From the NCBI GenBank assembly GCA_964187785.1, contig OZ076410.1, positions 71,672,001 through 71,736,000 of the forward strand: a stretch of DNA of 64,000 nt, in the 5' to 3' direction. Within the stretch, counting starts at the first letter, position 1, and each line of letters begins with the position of its first letter. Source of the DNA: Amphiscolops sp. MND2022 (lineage: Eukaryota). The notes beneath the pieces are model-generated. The model was not told the origin of the DNA. It did no database searches and saw nothing but the letters and a program-made list of their open reading frames with translations. Below are positions 49,661-62,232 of this stretch, piece after piece. The position numbers and the translations under genes are program-made.

Positions 49661-52600
49661 TGTCAATGATGACTCACAACATTGACTCAGCATAAACTCA
49701 AACTTTTTATCTTCACTTCCTGACTTGTCATGCTGGTTTTCATAACTTTTGTTCAAACTGTTGATCATACTGGTGACTCAGTAACTGAAATATAAGACGT
49801 TTCTTATATGTTTTGGCGCTCTTTCAACTTGACTTTCAAAGCCAACCTTTTCGATGAAATTCTGATGCAACCTCAGAAGAAATTGTTCTTTGGGTTTCTT
49901 TTCCGAGGTCCCTCTGGAAAATGTGGTTAGTCCATTGCAATTTTTCGTGATTCCCAGCGCCCATAATTCATCTCCATTACAAGGATTCTGCTTCCCACTC
50001 CAAAAATCAGGCTTTTTTGGAACTTTTTCTCGCTTACCTCAAGCAGCAAAAAAGATTTTTGCTTCAATCAAACAACAAAAATGGTTCCTCAACAAAGAGA
50101 AAAGATTTTTTCGAACGACAACCAAAATGACAATCTTTAAAGCTACTCTCCAGTGTGTACTCCAACCTTCAAAGTTTCCATACACGAAATCTTTTTCAAC
50201 CTTTACCTAGCTTCATTGAGTAGAGAGTAGGGAGTGTTTTTTGAAAAGTTTTTCCTTAAAAAATCAGGGTGATACAAGCGTAAAATGTCCTTTATTATCC
50301 TTCTGTGATTAGAGAAAGAAAAGTAGTCTTTTAAAAAATTCTAGGAACGCACACCTCTGATTAGAGGTCTCAAAACGCCTGAGTCGTTTTTGTCAGATGT
50401 TTCCTCCACATTCCATTACCAGCCTTTTTTCAAAGAAAAACTCCCGCATCATTTATTGCTCAAATGGACTGAACATACAGTTAGAAGCAACATGTCAACA
50501 CCTACTCTCCTACTCTGCTCGATTTCCAACAATGGTTGGATATTCAAACAAAAGTACTAGAAACACTCGACTCAGCTTGTGATAAATCCAACGAAAACGA
50601 ACGTTCTTCCAGCACCACCGCACAAAGACATCGACATTCAAATCCCTTGATTGCCCAATCAGTGCTGCGCTGCACTTTATCTACAAATGCCCCCAATACG
50701 CATCCGCTTCCAAGAACGAATAACATCAAAAGGTCAAAGATCTCAAGTTATGCTACAAATGTTTGAGCAACTCCCACTTGAAGCCCGACTGCCCCTCCTA
50801 AATTCGATGCCAAGAACCCAATTGTGGAGCTTCCCACCACACTTCCGTCTACACTCAACTCCGAAAAGACCTTGCCAATGTCAACGAAAAAATCCTTCGA
50901 CTGACAAAAAGTTAGTTTTTAGCAAATCCAATTTACAAATTAAAGACCAAGATACCGGAACGTCAACACAGTTTCAACGTTCCCAGAACCAAAACCAATG
51001 CTTGCGACAGCCACAGTTTAACGCTGCCGCCATCGACGACCTTCCCAAAGATCTTTTCTCCGTTCTTCAAATTATCCCCGTTTCCATCATCAATGGAGGC
51101 AAAACATTTGATACATAAGCCTTGATTGATCCCGGTAGCACTGGAACGTACATTTCAGTCCATATCTCGAATTTCCTCAGCTTGAAAACTGGCAAAGTAT
51201 AAAAACTAGATGTACAGTTTTTGAGTCTTTCCCGTTCTTTGTCAGTCTCCGCCACATCATTTGACCTTGCACCGTCCGCCGACAAGGACAACAATTTTTG
51301 CGTACAAAAGGCTTTCTCCACCGCTAATATCAACCTTCCCCATGCCGATACCACCGAACTGAATGATATTTGTCAACAATTCTCTCAGCTCCGTCACATA
51401 CAGTTCGCAGACATCAATCAGGGAAAAATTGGTGTCCTCCTCGGTACACCTTGTGTCCCGTTCACCCATTCGTTAGAGTGGATTCGAGGAGCTCACAACC
51501 GTCCTTCAGATACTTCAAGACACCTGCCGCCACAATGGCGAAAGGTACGAAATAGGACTTCCTTGGAAACGCGACACGCCACTCCCGAACAATTATTTCG
51601 CCGCATTAAGTCAACTCCGCAGCCCCGAAAAACGCTTCCGAGAACACCCACAGAGGACAGTCAAATTCGACAAAACCTTGATGAAGGATCTCGAAAAAGG
51701 TTTTAAGAGACAAGTCAAAATGCAACATCCGCCGCCCCCGCGAATTTGGTACCTCCCCACGCATACCGTCGAGAATCCCAATAAACCAGGAAAAGTCCGC
51801 CGAGTAGCCAATGGCCAACGCAGCCTCCAAGCTAAATAACGCTCTTCTAACCGGTCCAGACTTTTTTGCTAACTTGCTCGAAATCATTCTTTGTTTCGCA
51901 AATATCCAGTGGTTGTGTTAGCCGACATCGAAGGAATGTTTATGCATGTTGCCATCCGTGAAGAAGACCAGTCTGCGCTCCGCTTCCTCTGGTTAAAAAA
52001 TGGCATCGTTTGCCAATATCATTGCATTCGCCTTATGTTTGGCGCCAACTGCTCGACCCGCTGCGCCGTTTTCGCTCTACGCCGTTGCGTTGGCGGCCTA
52101 TCCGACCACTTTCCCGACGTTTATGCAGCAGTTTTACACAACTTCTACATGGATGAATTCATAATGTCTTTTGCCACCGCTGAAACCGCCCGTCGCGTTA
52201 CCTCTAATCTACGTACTGTTCTTAAACACGGATGGTTCCGCCTAACTAAATTCGTTCCGAACAATCCTGCCGCTCTTACTGCTCTTCCCGAAGAAGACAA
52301 AGAAATCATTCAGAACACAACGAAAGTCCTTGGTCAAACCTGGTGTCTTCCTAATGACACATTCACAGCTCCAACGCCGAAAACAATCGGCCCGCCGCAA
52401 ACGCTTCGACAACTGTTCAGCATGGTGTCCTCCATTTTCGATCCTATTGGATTGCTCGCCCCTTTCGTGATACAACTCAAAGTCATTCTTCAGAACCTCT
52501 GGAAACGAAGACAAACATGGGACCAGCCCGTGCATGACGATCTCTATCCTCGCATCAACAAGTATGCCACCATGCCTGACATCGCCGTACCATGTCAAAT

Positions 52601-54844
52601 AGCGCCTCTTCTAACCTCTGCAGAACTTCATAATATCACTGACGCGTCCATTTCCGCATTATCCGCCGTTATCTACGTACGTCAACCACTGTCTGACACT
52701 GCTCCTGCTTGTCTCGTATTCGTTCTTGGCAAGAGCCGTGTCGCTCCCATCAAACAACGCAGTGTTTTAAAACTGGAACTCGAAGCCGCCGTTTTCAGCG
52801 TCCGCTTACTCCACACCATTCTAAACGCTTTCGAATGTAATTTTCGCCAAGTTTTTTTGGTCCGATAGTTGCGTCGTTCTGGATTGGATTCAGAACCAAA
52901 AGAAACTTGAAACATTCGTTGCTCACCGAGTGAACGAAATCGTTCAACACACAAACCCGAAGCAGTGGAACTACTTTCCAATTGAATTGAACCGCGCCGA
53001 TCACGGAACTCGCGGTTTGAAATTCTCAGACATTTCCCTCAAATGGACAAAAGGACCCGATTTCCTTTTGAAGCCAGGAAACGATTGGCAGTCAAGATTG
53101 CCCGCAAACCCGGATAGGTCAATCTACACCGCAACCGTCGTCATGTCGCAAACCGGCCTCGTTAATATTTCAAGATTTAATCAAAACAACCGCAATCGTC
53201 CGCTTCTTCATCCGCCGTCTCCGAAACCCGTCGTCTACGCCAAACTTAACCGCTAATGATTTTCAACTAGCAACAGGAACACTTCTCCGTCAATTGCAAC
53301 TAGCGTCTTTTCCAGCGGTTCTAGAGAAACTGCTTCGAAAAGAACCATTGTCGTCCAAAGACAAACTCCTATCTCTGAACCCTTTCATTGACGAACGCCA
53401 AATTGTACGCTCTTCCGGACGTCTACAATACGCACCGTTGCCCGCAACTTCCTGCCTGCCCGTCGTTCTAGATGCCCAAAACGCAATAACCCGCCTCCTC
53501 ATGCTACACTTTCACGGAATCTGCCACCGGTCCCGAATACGTTAAGTCATTTCTGAAACAACAATGTTTCATTTTTGGCGTCCGTGCCGCTCTCCGTACC
53601 ATCAGTTATCGTTGCTTCCAATGCCGTCGCATTCGAGCAGAAAACGTCGAGCCAATGATGGCGCCTTTACCCAGGTGCCGATTTCCATCCACAGATGTAC
53701 CATATCCGTTCACAAACGCCGGAGTCGATGCATTCGGACCGTTCTTCCCTTCCTGGTCAACGGAAAGCGAACTGAGAAACACTACAGCCTGATCTTCGCC
53801 TACCTTGTCACCCGTGCCTGTCATTTAGAACCTTGTCCTGCCTTAACCACGGCCTCTTTCATCAACGCTTTTCGCCGCTTCATTGCCAGAAGGGGCCAGC
53901 CGCAATACACCCTTTCGGACAATCGAAAAACTTTCTTTGGTGCCTGTCGTGATCTTCAGGAAGCATTGAACGCAGCCATCAGCACAGCTCTGCAAACTCT
54001 CCTTTTAGCTCCTGCGATGGAATGGCACCTGAATCCACCGTTCGCGCGACACTTTGGTGGGGCGTGGGAATGCCTTATCCAAACTGCCAGAAAGACTCTA
54101 CTCCTGATTTTGGGTTCCAGAAAACTTACTCAGAACTGTTTCACACAATCCTTGCCGAAACAGAACTGATGCTCAACTCACGACATCTGACCCATGTTGC
54201 CGATTACCCTCTGCCTCCCAACCATTTTCTTCTCCACAGACCCTATGCGAACCTGCCACCTGGTGTTTTCCACGATTCCAGTTATCAGCTCACGCAGAAG
54301 TCTTGAAAAAAACTCAAAAACTTGTCAACCATTTATGGAAGAGACTGCTAACTGGATACCTTTCAACTCTGCATCAACGTTCCAAGTGAAACCAAAAACT
54401 ACCACCAATCACTGTTGGAGAACTTTTGTGGGTGCTACGAGACGTCACATCTCGTGGTGTTTGGCCTACTGGGTGAGTGGAAGCAGTTTTCCCTAGACGA
54501 GACGGACAGACCCGAGTTTGTTCTGTGAAGACAGCTTACGGAACCATCGAGCGCCTCGCCGTCTCTCTTTCCCGTGTTTTCGCTCCTTGACGCCTCGTTC
54601 GCCACGACTCACATTTCGAACTTTTTTTCCGGTCCGCCTTTTTCTTCTCTCTCTTCTCCCTGCAGCTTGGGGGGGCTGGAATGGGGGGCTGGAGCATGTC
54701 AATGATGACTCACAACATTGACTCAGCATGAACCAAACTATTTTATCTTCACTTCCTGACTTTTCACGCTTGTTTTTATACTTTCTGTTCAAACTGTTGA
54801 TCATACTGGTGACTCAATAAATGAAATATAAGACGTTTCCTATA
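43005..54844 (+). mobile_element. BEL/Pao element Pao-C with tandemly amplified 5' end and an internal gag deletion
   Basis: ~150-bp LTR at 43005, 45229, 47455, 49661 and 54697; PPT GGAATGGGGGGCTGGAGCA; TSD TGCGT at 43000-43004 and 54845-54849; pol motifs ADIEGMFM, IFDPIG, RSVLKLELEAA, HFGGAWE at 50.4-54.6 kb. Confidence 0.92.
48632..49669 (+). CDS. Truncated Pao gag N-terminal fragment (345-aa open frame, P/S/T/Q-rich) ending in the next LTR; frameshifted paralogues in units 1 and 2
   Basis: Follows MANAKIDTLNFHFRLHE...LQRLLEILAQF (coiled-coil-like gag start); reads through the duplicated flank and stops at TGA inside the LTR. Expression is unknown. Confidence 0.5.
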   Translation: MEPFLQKSVDVSLILLHYAYKIDNLTQSGPNRSSSTFATFERRCEDSLSAPTIPASQQQQDFATAPSNRTPLPQFLINSAQPATRAPSQPQSTRHIMDKTGTELSRLLRSLDNSHVSATDHQDPSYTEDIQRNTEFDPEQQDFVSEAIPSQICEPHLDNSVVTLPLQHQPLSIACHLPHPSPSTTSTSQIVYTTNYHLPTFDTVLTNSVHPSYQVVNPHFPLPHMQRANLQHLPPSSVPPPADTLTQFCPSSNHQTFLPVSQPIAAHPDICFATNIKWITRIFPTPALECPPMIHPCCNLVLQDQPHFINQPIQQSVTSATTAVQFQILINYLSYRSNCFQLRCQ

Positions 54845-56117
54845 TGCGTGTTAGCAATCTGTCCTGAATATTATCACCGCGACTGTATTGCATAGTGAAT
54901 TTTTCGTCTCGGACAAAATATTTTCCTTTCAGGCGAGTGTGAATCGGTGAGTCTCGTGAATGTTTTTTACTTCTCAGTTTGTGTTCAGAGACTTCCTGTT
55001 CAGGCCCATAAATATCCCTCTGGGTCCAAAACTTTCCTTGCCCGGGCGCAGATTTGGCCCCTGACAAAACATTTTCAAACACTTAGGCAGTTTATTAAAC
55101 AGATTCGAAAACTGTTTGCTACTTAGTGTGATCGTGATCGCTTCAACGGCCCTATGGGTTCGTTTTCTGAACTCCTCAAACGCGACTTCTCAGAAGAAGT
55201 AAGAGCAATCACCAAAAACATTCACATTTCAGCATAACAAAACAGCATAAACTCAATAAAACTGTCATAGATTGACATACTGAATTTTTTGCACACCATT
55301 ACGATGTAAGGATCCATAATTGAGAATTGAATGTTTTGGGACCCAGTTCACTACAGTATGGAGAAAGAAAACAGAAATTTTGGGTCATTTTATAGTACTT
55401 CTTTCTTCTGTTTGCATATGGTTTTCTTAAACGCAGTCATTGACTCCCATCAGTGATGTTTTCAATGGACCCATTGCAGTTATGAACCCTCAACTTTTTG
55501 TTGATTTTTGAGCGCATTGTTCTGATGCGGAGCAAAGTCATTATTAATTATTTCACGTAATTTATCGAGTTTTCCGACGTATATTGAACAATTTTCTTCG
55601 TAATTTGACTGACTAGCTGCCATAAGGTTTTATCTTCTCTCAATATTTTAGTTGACAGTTTTGATATTGATTCGGGCATGGTGAAGTGGTTTGGGACCAT
55701 GGCGTAGTGATTATAGAGCACCATTACGACGATTTCTTCGATTTCAATTATTCCAGAGATTTCAAATTAGAGGTAACAAGATCTAAAGTAGAAGGAATAA
55801 GATCTAAAACCATAAAATTTTAGGCCTTATTCCCCCTCTAATGAATCAAATCTAAAGGGAACAAGACATAAATGGAATAAGATCTAAAGGAAATAAGATG
55901 TAAAATTCACCAGAAGGACAATATTTTCTCCAATTTTATCACCAAAACGTACGTCCGTTCTCATTTCACTGTAATCAGATCTAAAGTCACTGGAATAAGG
56001 AATAAAATTTCTGAAGTAAGATGTAAAATAACCCAGAACGACTTTTTTTTCCAATATCACTCAAAAAACCCCATGAAAAACCTTGTACATCGGTTCTCAG
56101 TGGTTCTCATTTCACTG

Positions 56118-57570
56118 CCCATGTTGACCCTCTTACTAACATCTTGGATGTCTTGGCAAGATCTTACCAAATTCTTACTACATCTTGGCGACCATGGAAC
56201 CCATGGCAAGATTCCTAATAAGACCTTACTAAGATAATACATTATTCCAAGATCGTATCTTGTCACGATGGACAACATTCTAAGATTGTAAAAACATTAT
56301 ACCTTCGGTACAAGCAGCCGAGACTCAATCTAAAGGCTCATTTCACCCAACAACGACTATTTCTACTCGTTTCCATAATCAAAATGCTTCAACCCGCTGA
56401 ACTAAATTTGCATGCAAAAGTGTGCAAAAAATTACGATAACGTGTTCTGGCTTCCGAAATTCTGACGAGAATCCTAATAAACCTCATCTGTTTAAGACTG
56501 AGAAATGCGAATGTTCCAAATGAACGCTCATTTCAAGGAATTTTAAAAACTTGTAACTTATCACTCCTGTCGATAACAGAGACGGAAAAAATGGTCTCAA
56601 ACGTCCAAAACCACTATAGGAAAGTTACACAGGGAACACTAAGAAAACCGGACTTTTTTTCGAAATCCGGTTTGTAAATTCTCATTTCCATCATTCTTTG
56701 AGCTTTTTTCAGCCGTATTAATGTTGGAATGGAGGTCATTGTCCCGGTTTGCGCAATGATTCAGCTTGAAGATTTTCTGACGCCGTTGTTGGCGACGGTT
56801 TTGCAATTGGTAGAACAATTCAATCAGTGCATCCCTGAATAAACAGCATGATGACTCTTCAATCAAATTGTATACCTTGCTAACAGAAAATGTTGAGGTC
56901 TAACAATATAAATCTGCTAAAATGTTGATTTCTGTTGACTTCCTTTCAGATTTTATTCTGGCCAAATAGGATTTTGCAATAAAATTTCTCTTGAAAACAT
57001 GGCTCTCTTGATAAGATCTTACCATGACATCTTGCATTTCTTGGCAATATCTTGGCAAGATCTTACTACGATATCCATGGAGGGTCGACCCGGGTGTAGA
57101 AAGATCTAAAGCCAATGGAGTTAGGACTAAAGCCTCTGGAATATGATCTAAAAGTCCCCAGAAGTATATTTCCTCCGAAAAACCCCTGAAAAATTACAAA
57201 AAAATCTTGTACATCTGTTCTCATTTCACCGTAATAAAATTTAAAACCACTGGAATAAGACTAAAAATCCCCAGTACGACTATGATTTGTTCGACCTTAT
57301 TCCAAAGATTTTCAAGTTTCACAGGAAATCAATGTCTACGCTGAAAAATCGCGTAAAGACCTGCCAAAAAACTTTGTGATCATTTTTAGAACTCTTGATT
57401 GATCGAAAATTTGAAATATTAGATCTTTTCTGTTTATTCGATCTTGGGATATTATGTTATTCGTAAGAATTTTGCCATGGGATCCATGGTTTCCAAGATA
57501 TTGTAAGAATATGGGAAAATCCCTGTCATGGCAGCCAAGATGCAAGTAAGAGGGTCAACTCGGGTAAAGC
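56118..57570. repeat. Cluster of MITE-like arms with CCC(G/A)(A/T)GTTGACCCTC termini and TCTTGGCAAGATCTTAC subrepeats, interleaved with GATCTAAA/GGAATAAG repeats
   Basis: 56118 CCCATGTTGACCCTCTTACT is inverted relative to AGTAAGAGGGTCAACTCGGG at ~57546-57565; a related end GGAGGGTCGACCCGGG lies at ~57080-57095. Confidence 0.6.
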
Positions 57571-57750
57571 ATTGTGCCTGGACTGGGGCGATATCAGGTT
57601 CCAATCTCTCCCAACTCACCATTGTTGGGCCTTAAGCAAGTCCTTCATCCCTAGCTTAGTGGTATGGGTCAGTGACAGAAAAATGCTTGCTATGGGAAGA
57701 TAGTATCCTGAAGGGCGTCGACTTAAAATAGCAGAAATGCTTATTGAGCG
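57570..57750 (+). mobile_element. Possible tRNA-derived SINE
   Basis: B-box-like GGTTCCAATC followed by CCTTAAGCAAGTCCTTCATCCC, resembling conserved SINE central domains; A box unclear. Confidence 0.35.
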
Positions 57751-58299
57751 TCCACCCCGCGAAATTGGGGAAACTAACTTTCTTCGTTTATTGAAGACGA
57801 TAGATGGCTACAGTTTTTGGGCTAAATTTTTTTTTGTTTGAATACGCTGAAACTTTTTTCTAATGTTGGATGGAGTACCGAAATGACATAAATCAGTTGC
57901 TAGTTCTTTTCAGTCTTTGCTCTTTTCCAGTTTAAGTTCATTTTATTGAAAAATTAAAATCTGTGTTTTCAAAAAGCTTAGTTAATTGCACCATTCGAGT
58001 TTTTTTCAGCACTAAAACAAAAAGAAACTCGGGTAAGCACGAACATTTTCGGCCTACAATTGTGCGTCCATGAACTCGTGTTCCATCGTAACTTACATCA
58101 AATATTGGCTCTGAAATTCGCGAATGCTGGCTGTGAGCTTAATCTCCATGTGAGAACAACATTCATGCTCTGTCCAAAACAAATGCATACCCTATCCAAG
58201 TTTTTATTGGCTCCAATTCAAAGTTGTGTAATTTTCAAAATTGTTTCATAACCCGCTACCAAAGGTTAATACTGTTTGAAACCGTCACTCATATGAATT

Positions 58300-61200
58300 T
58301 TAGTAGACCTTGGCCTCGCAAATGACGATCCGTTCGTCTGGGTTGGTGAACCTGATTACATTACCCTGAATGTTGTTTTTGCAGGACACCCCAGTGTAAT
58401 TATGAGCCACGTCTGTCACTGTTCCACAAGTTTCGCAATTATTCTTACCATCCATGCAAACTTCAACTACAATTCCTTTCAAATTGCTACCTGTTATCAA
58501 AAAAGATGCGCTAAAAACTACCAATACTGCGAGAACTTGTTGGAGAAGTTGTTGGAGAAAACAAAAGTCACACAATTCTCGTTATTTTGGCACAAAACGA
58601 AGGGGTTCTTCACAAATTTATATCGTTAAAGGTATCCCGCGAGCAGTATGCACTTAAAAACTATGGGAGTAAAATTGTCTGATAAGCTCTTGGGCAATCC
58701 CAACCTCAGCAAAATTATCCGAGATAGCCGGAGTATACAATATACCTCAGGCGAAGAAACCTTTGTTCTCTCAGGTTGAAACTGCTTGAACTTTTTGTAG
58801 GTTACCAAGCTAACTTTTCATGATTTTTAAAAATTCTGAAAAAAACTTCCATGCAACAACATTTCACTGATTCGATGTGATTTTATCAAGCTGCCTACAA
58901 GATGCATCCTAAATTTGAGATGCATTTCAGAGCCGCGAAGTTCTGCAAGTTTCATTAAGAAGCAGTTCTAATTTTGAAAGCAGCTGAGATCAATTTTACC
59001 GAAATTTTCAATGCAAATGAACTTCAGTCACATTATAAACTTCAAACTAGCCCGTCCTATTTGACGGTGATCACTTACTTGAGGTACTTACTTGAGAAAC
59101 TTGAGCTTGAAAACAAAGTGATCGCGACGATGAAGAAGAGGAAAAGTTTTCAGTTTTAATTGAAATAGTGCTAGCTGCATTGTAATCCTACAAAATTTTT
59201 CCATGTATGCTCGCTGGATTTTCCCTGTTTTAAAACATTTCTCGCTGGATTTTTCATGTTGCTCGCTGGATTTTCCATGTTGCTCGCTAGATTTTCCATG
59301 TTGCTCGCTTGATTTTCGATGTTTTAAAACCAACAATTGTTAAAAACAATTAGCCTGCATGTTTCCATGTAGCATGTAAAAAGTTCAAGCAATCTCAACT
59401 AGGGCTGTAAAAAAATGGTTGATGAACCCAGGTTGGTAATCAATCGCAGTCCACCTGTGGTGACCGATGATCAACCCAAGTCCCACCGGTTGACAACGGC
59501 GTAACATTGTTTCAAAAACAATTATGAAATGAATTTCGGAAAATAAGTGAAAATGTTATGTTTGCGTTTAAATGCCGAACTGGTTTGCAGTTGAGTGCCA
59601 GTGCGGGAACGTATTGTGTATTCCTAAACCCAAAATACGAACCTGTCTCAACTGCAAATATTACAACGATCACCACTTTTTGAACTTTTCTCAATTTATT
59701 CGATCATGATCCTAAAGGAACCCCGTTGTCGAAAAATGTGTTCTGAGGATGTAAAAAGCATAACAGATTGGGCTGTATATAATTTCCAAACTTCACTAAC
59801 AATCCAATGACCAAAAAATGCGTTCACCACTAGCTCCAGAAAAATTTCTCTTTGAGGAGCAAGTAGAGTAATCATTACTTGATAATTTAGTGCAAAGGTA
59901 TCACTCAAATCTCAAGGTTACTGCAGGTGACAATTCAGTCTTTTTGAAGTAATTTTGCTGAAGTCTTTTTTACAGTGTCAGTAAATCTATATTGCTGATC
60001 CTTTTGCTATTTTCCCCATAGCGTTTCCCCCACAACGTTTCGCCAATTTTTATCAGGTATAATTTACTGTAAAAATGATTTGCGCAACTTGACTTGAAAA
60101 TTTACTAGTAATTGCATGTAATTGTTCCTGGAAAACAAGTACATAAGAATTATCCGAGAAATGGAGTAAGTTTGCAGAAGAAACTTTGAAAGGACAGCAT
60201 GTGAATTACACATGTAGCTGAGATTTTTAGGTTAAAAAAGCACAAACTATAGAAGGTTTTTGTTCCTGTGCCATATGTAAAACATCATTTATTCGAAGTG
60301 CTGTTTTACCTGATGCTACTTTGATAATTGAGGTAAATTTCCACCATATTATCAGGCAAAAATACCTGTAACGTCGTAGGGTCAAATTCACTCTAGAAAA
60401 AAAAGAGTCTTTTCACTCTAAAATCAGTGGCAATTGTACCCTCTGGTCATTAAAATACCATTTTAAATACGAAAAATTAAAACTAAAAAGCAGCACCTTC
60501 TTTGCTATCGCAAAACTCATTTTTGACAATGGAGCTTCATTTTTTATCAAGAACGGATAAATCGAGCTAAAATTTCACCACTAAGTGATTGTGATAAAGT
60601 TTACAGTTCAGAGTTGTAAATTTGCATTCTGTTTCAAGAATACACAGTAAGTTCGTGGAGTATCTGCGTTAGTTCACTACGTTAAGTTAATTCTCTGTTG
60701 CTCAAGGAAACCCAAGGCTATTTAGGAACATCACAGAAATTTTCAACCTAGATTTTTTAAGTAATTTTGCCCAACCTGTTGTTGCGAAAAGCATTCCCTG
60801 GCTGAAAATAAATACAATTCTTGCAAGATTCTTACAAGATCTTGACAAAAAATACAAATCGTGCAAGATGCTGGCAGAAAATACATTTCTTACAAGAACC
60901 TGACAGAAAAAATATTTCTTGCAAGAAATACTTTTTCTGTCAGATTCTTGCAAGAAATACATCAAACCAAATCCTTTTTTGTCAAAAAATTCACTAAAAA
61001 TGGCCAACACGGGTACCGGAGAGTTTGTTGTCCATTTTCGCTTCTAGAGAGAGACAAACACAGACACAATCACAGGTGAAAGTTTTCTTTCTTAGATAAA
61101 TGGCGCTTTAGGAGCAAAAGAACCCAGAAGTTACAGTTATTAAGTTTAAATACAGTAGACCTTTCCAGGGAAAAAGCACGGCTCTTGCAGTGACTAGTTT

Positions 61201-62232
61201 CTTTCTCCAGTTTTTTATCGGTGCACTAAAAAACGAAAAAAAGAACGAAACAGACAAAACTCGGAGTTAAGTGAAAATTGCAAGTCACCGGTACCAAAAT
61301 TTCGAAAAAGTACCCACGAAGCATCCCAAAAAATTGCCATACGGTTGTCTTTCTGTCAAACTAGAACTTCAAAGGTACGATGCTGAAGCATGCTACGAGG
61401 ACTATTTGGAACATGCTGAACACAACAATCTAGAAATTGCATATCTTGCAAGAATCTTGCAAGAGAAATATTTGTCTTGCAAGAATCTTGCAAGCTAAAG
61501 TTTCATCTTTATCTTACAAGGTAAGATCTTTATCTTGCAAAGGTATATCTTGCAAGATTCTTGCAAGATATACCTCATCTTGCAAGATTCTTGCAAGAAA
61601 CCTGCCAGAAAATGCATTGCCTAATATACTTTATCTTGCAAAGGTATATCTTGCAAGATTCTTGCAAGATATACCTCATCTTGCAAGATTCTTGCAAGAA
61701 ACCTGCCACAAAATGCATTGCCTTGCAAGATCTTGCAAGACATCTTGCAAGATTCTTGCAACATTTGTATTTTTTCAACTGAGGTTATCTCGTATATCAA
61801 ACATTATCAAGCATATCTACTCCCGCTCTTTTCACAGTAAATATATCTTCTGTTTTTTTTTTAAATTTATCAACTAGTTCAAAAATATGCTTTTCAAGAA
61901 ATGAAATTGAACTAACCGCTGCTTCTAGAGAGCAAGTAAACTTCAGAGACGGATGAAGTTTTCTTGAGGTAAAGTTCACTCCATATCTTGTAGCTTCCCT
62001 TAGAGGCATAACATCCCCCGTCTTCAATTACACGAGACTCGTCTCCGTCAAACATGTTTTGGCATGATGTAGAAATATCTGATGTTCCACTGTCAGCGCA
62101 TGATGTAATTGCAATTTCTGGTTTGTCCACTGAAAGTACAAACCTTACGTCGATTTCTCAAAATTTGTCAATTCAATTGATACTAGTCGTAAAAGATCCT
62201 ACCTCTAGGTGCAATGCTAATCTCTCCTGGTT
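58300..62232 (-). CDS. Host gene 3' exons encoding an F5/8 type C / fucolectin (FTP)-like domain; exons 62232-62203, 62129-61917, 58490-58300
   Basis: All junctions are GT-AG and phase 1. Spliced product PGEISIAPRVDKPEIAITSC...CQNMFDGDE...GGCYAS...WSELYL...VSEVYLLSRSSGSNLKGIVVEVC...CGTV...SCKNNIQGNVIRF...VICEAKVY* has the FTP Cys, DG, W and CEVEV pattern. Confidence 0.75.
59205..59325. repeat. 21-nt minisatellite (TTGCTCGCTGGATTTTCCATG, ~4-5 units)
   Basis: Direct tandem copies. Confidence 0.85.
60797..61785. repeat. TCTTGCAAGA-palindrome-rich MITE/foldback arms within the FTP gene intron
   Basis: Arms at ~60797-61010 and ~61430-61785; outer ends are roughly inverted (GAAAATAAATACAA / TTGTATTTTTTC); ~95-bp internal tandem duplication at ~61530-61730. 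Confidence 0.75.

Noticed and set aside
4401-54600. Alternative genetic code or programmed readthrough explaining in-frame stops
   Set aside because: Stops are of all three types, co-occur with frameshifts and differ between duplicate copies; MON2 reads normally in the standard code.
59088-59336. 82-aa ORF with KSSEQHG repeats
   Set aside because: By-product of the 21-nt minisatellite.
61437-61877. 146-aa ORF and overlapping ORFs
   Set aside because: Translation of TCTTGCAAGA repeats; low complexity.
62130-62148. Ultra-short 19-nt intron GTAAGGTTTGTACTTTCAG
   Set aside because: The upstream frame hits TGA within 7 codons; a 73-nt intron to the microexon at 62203 fits better.
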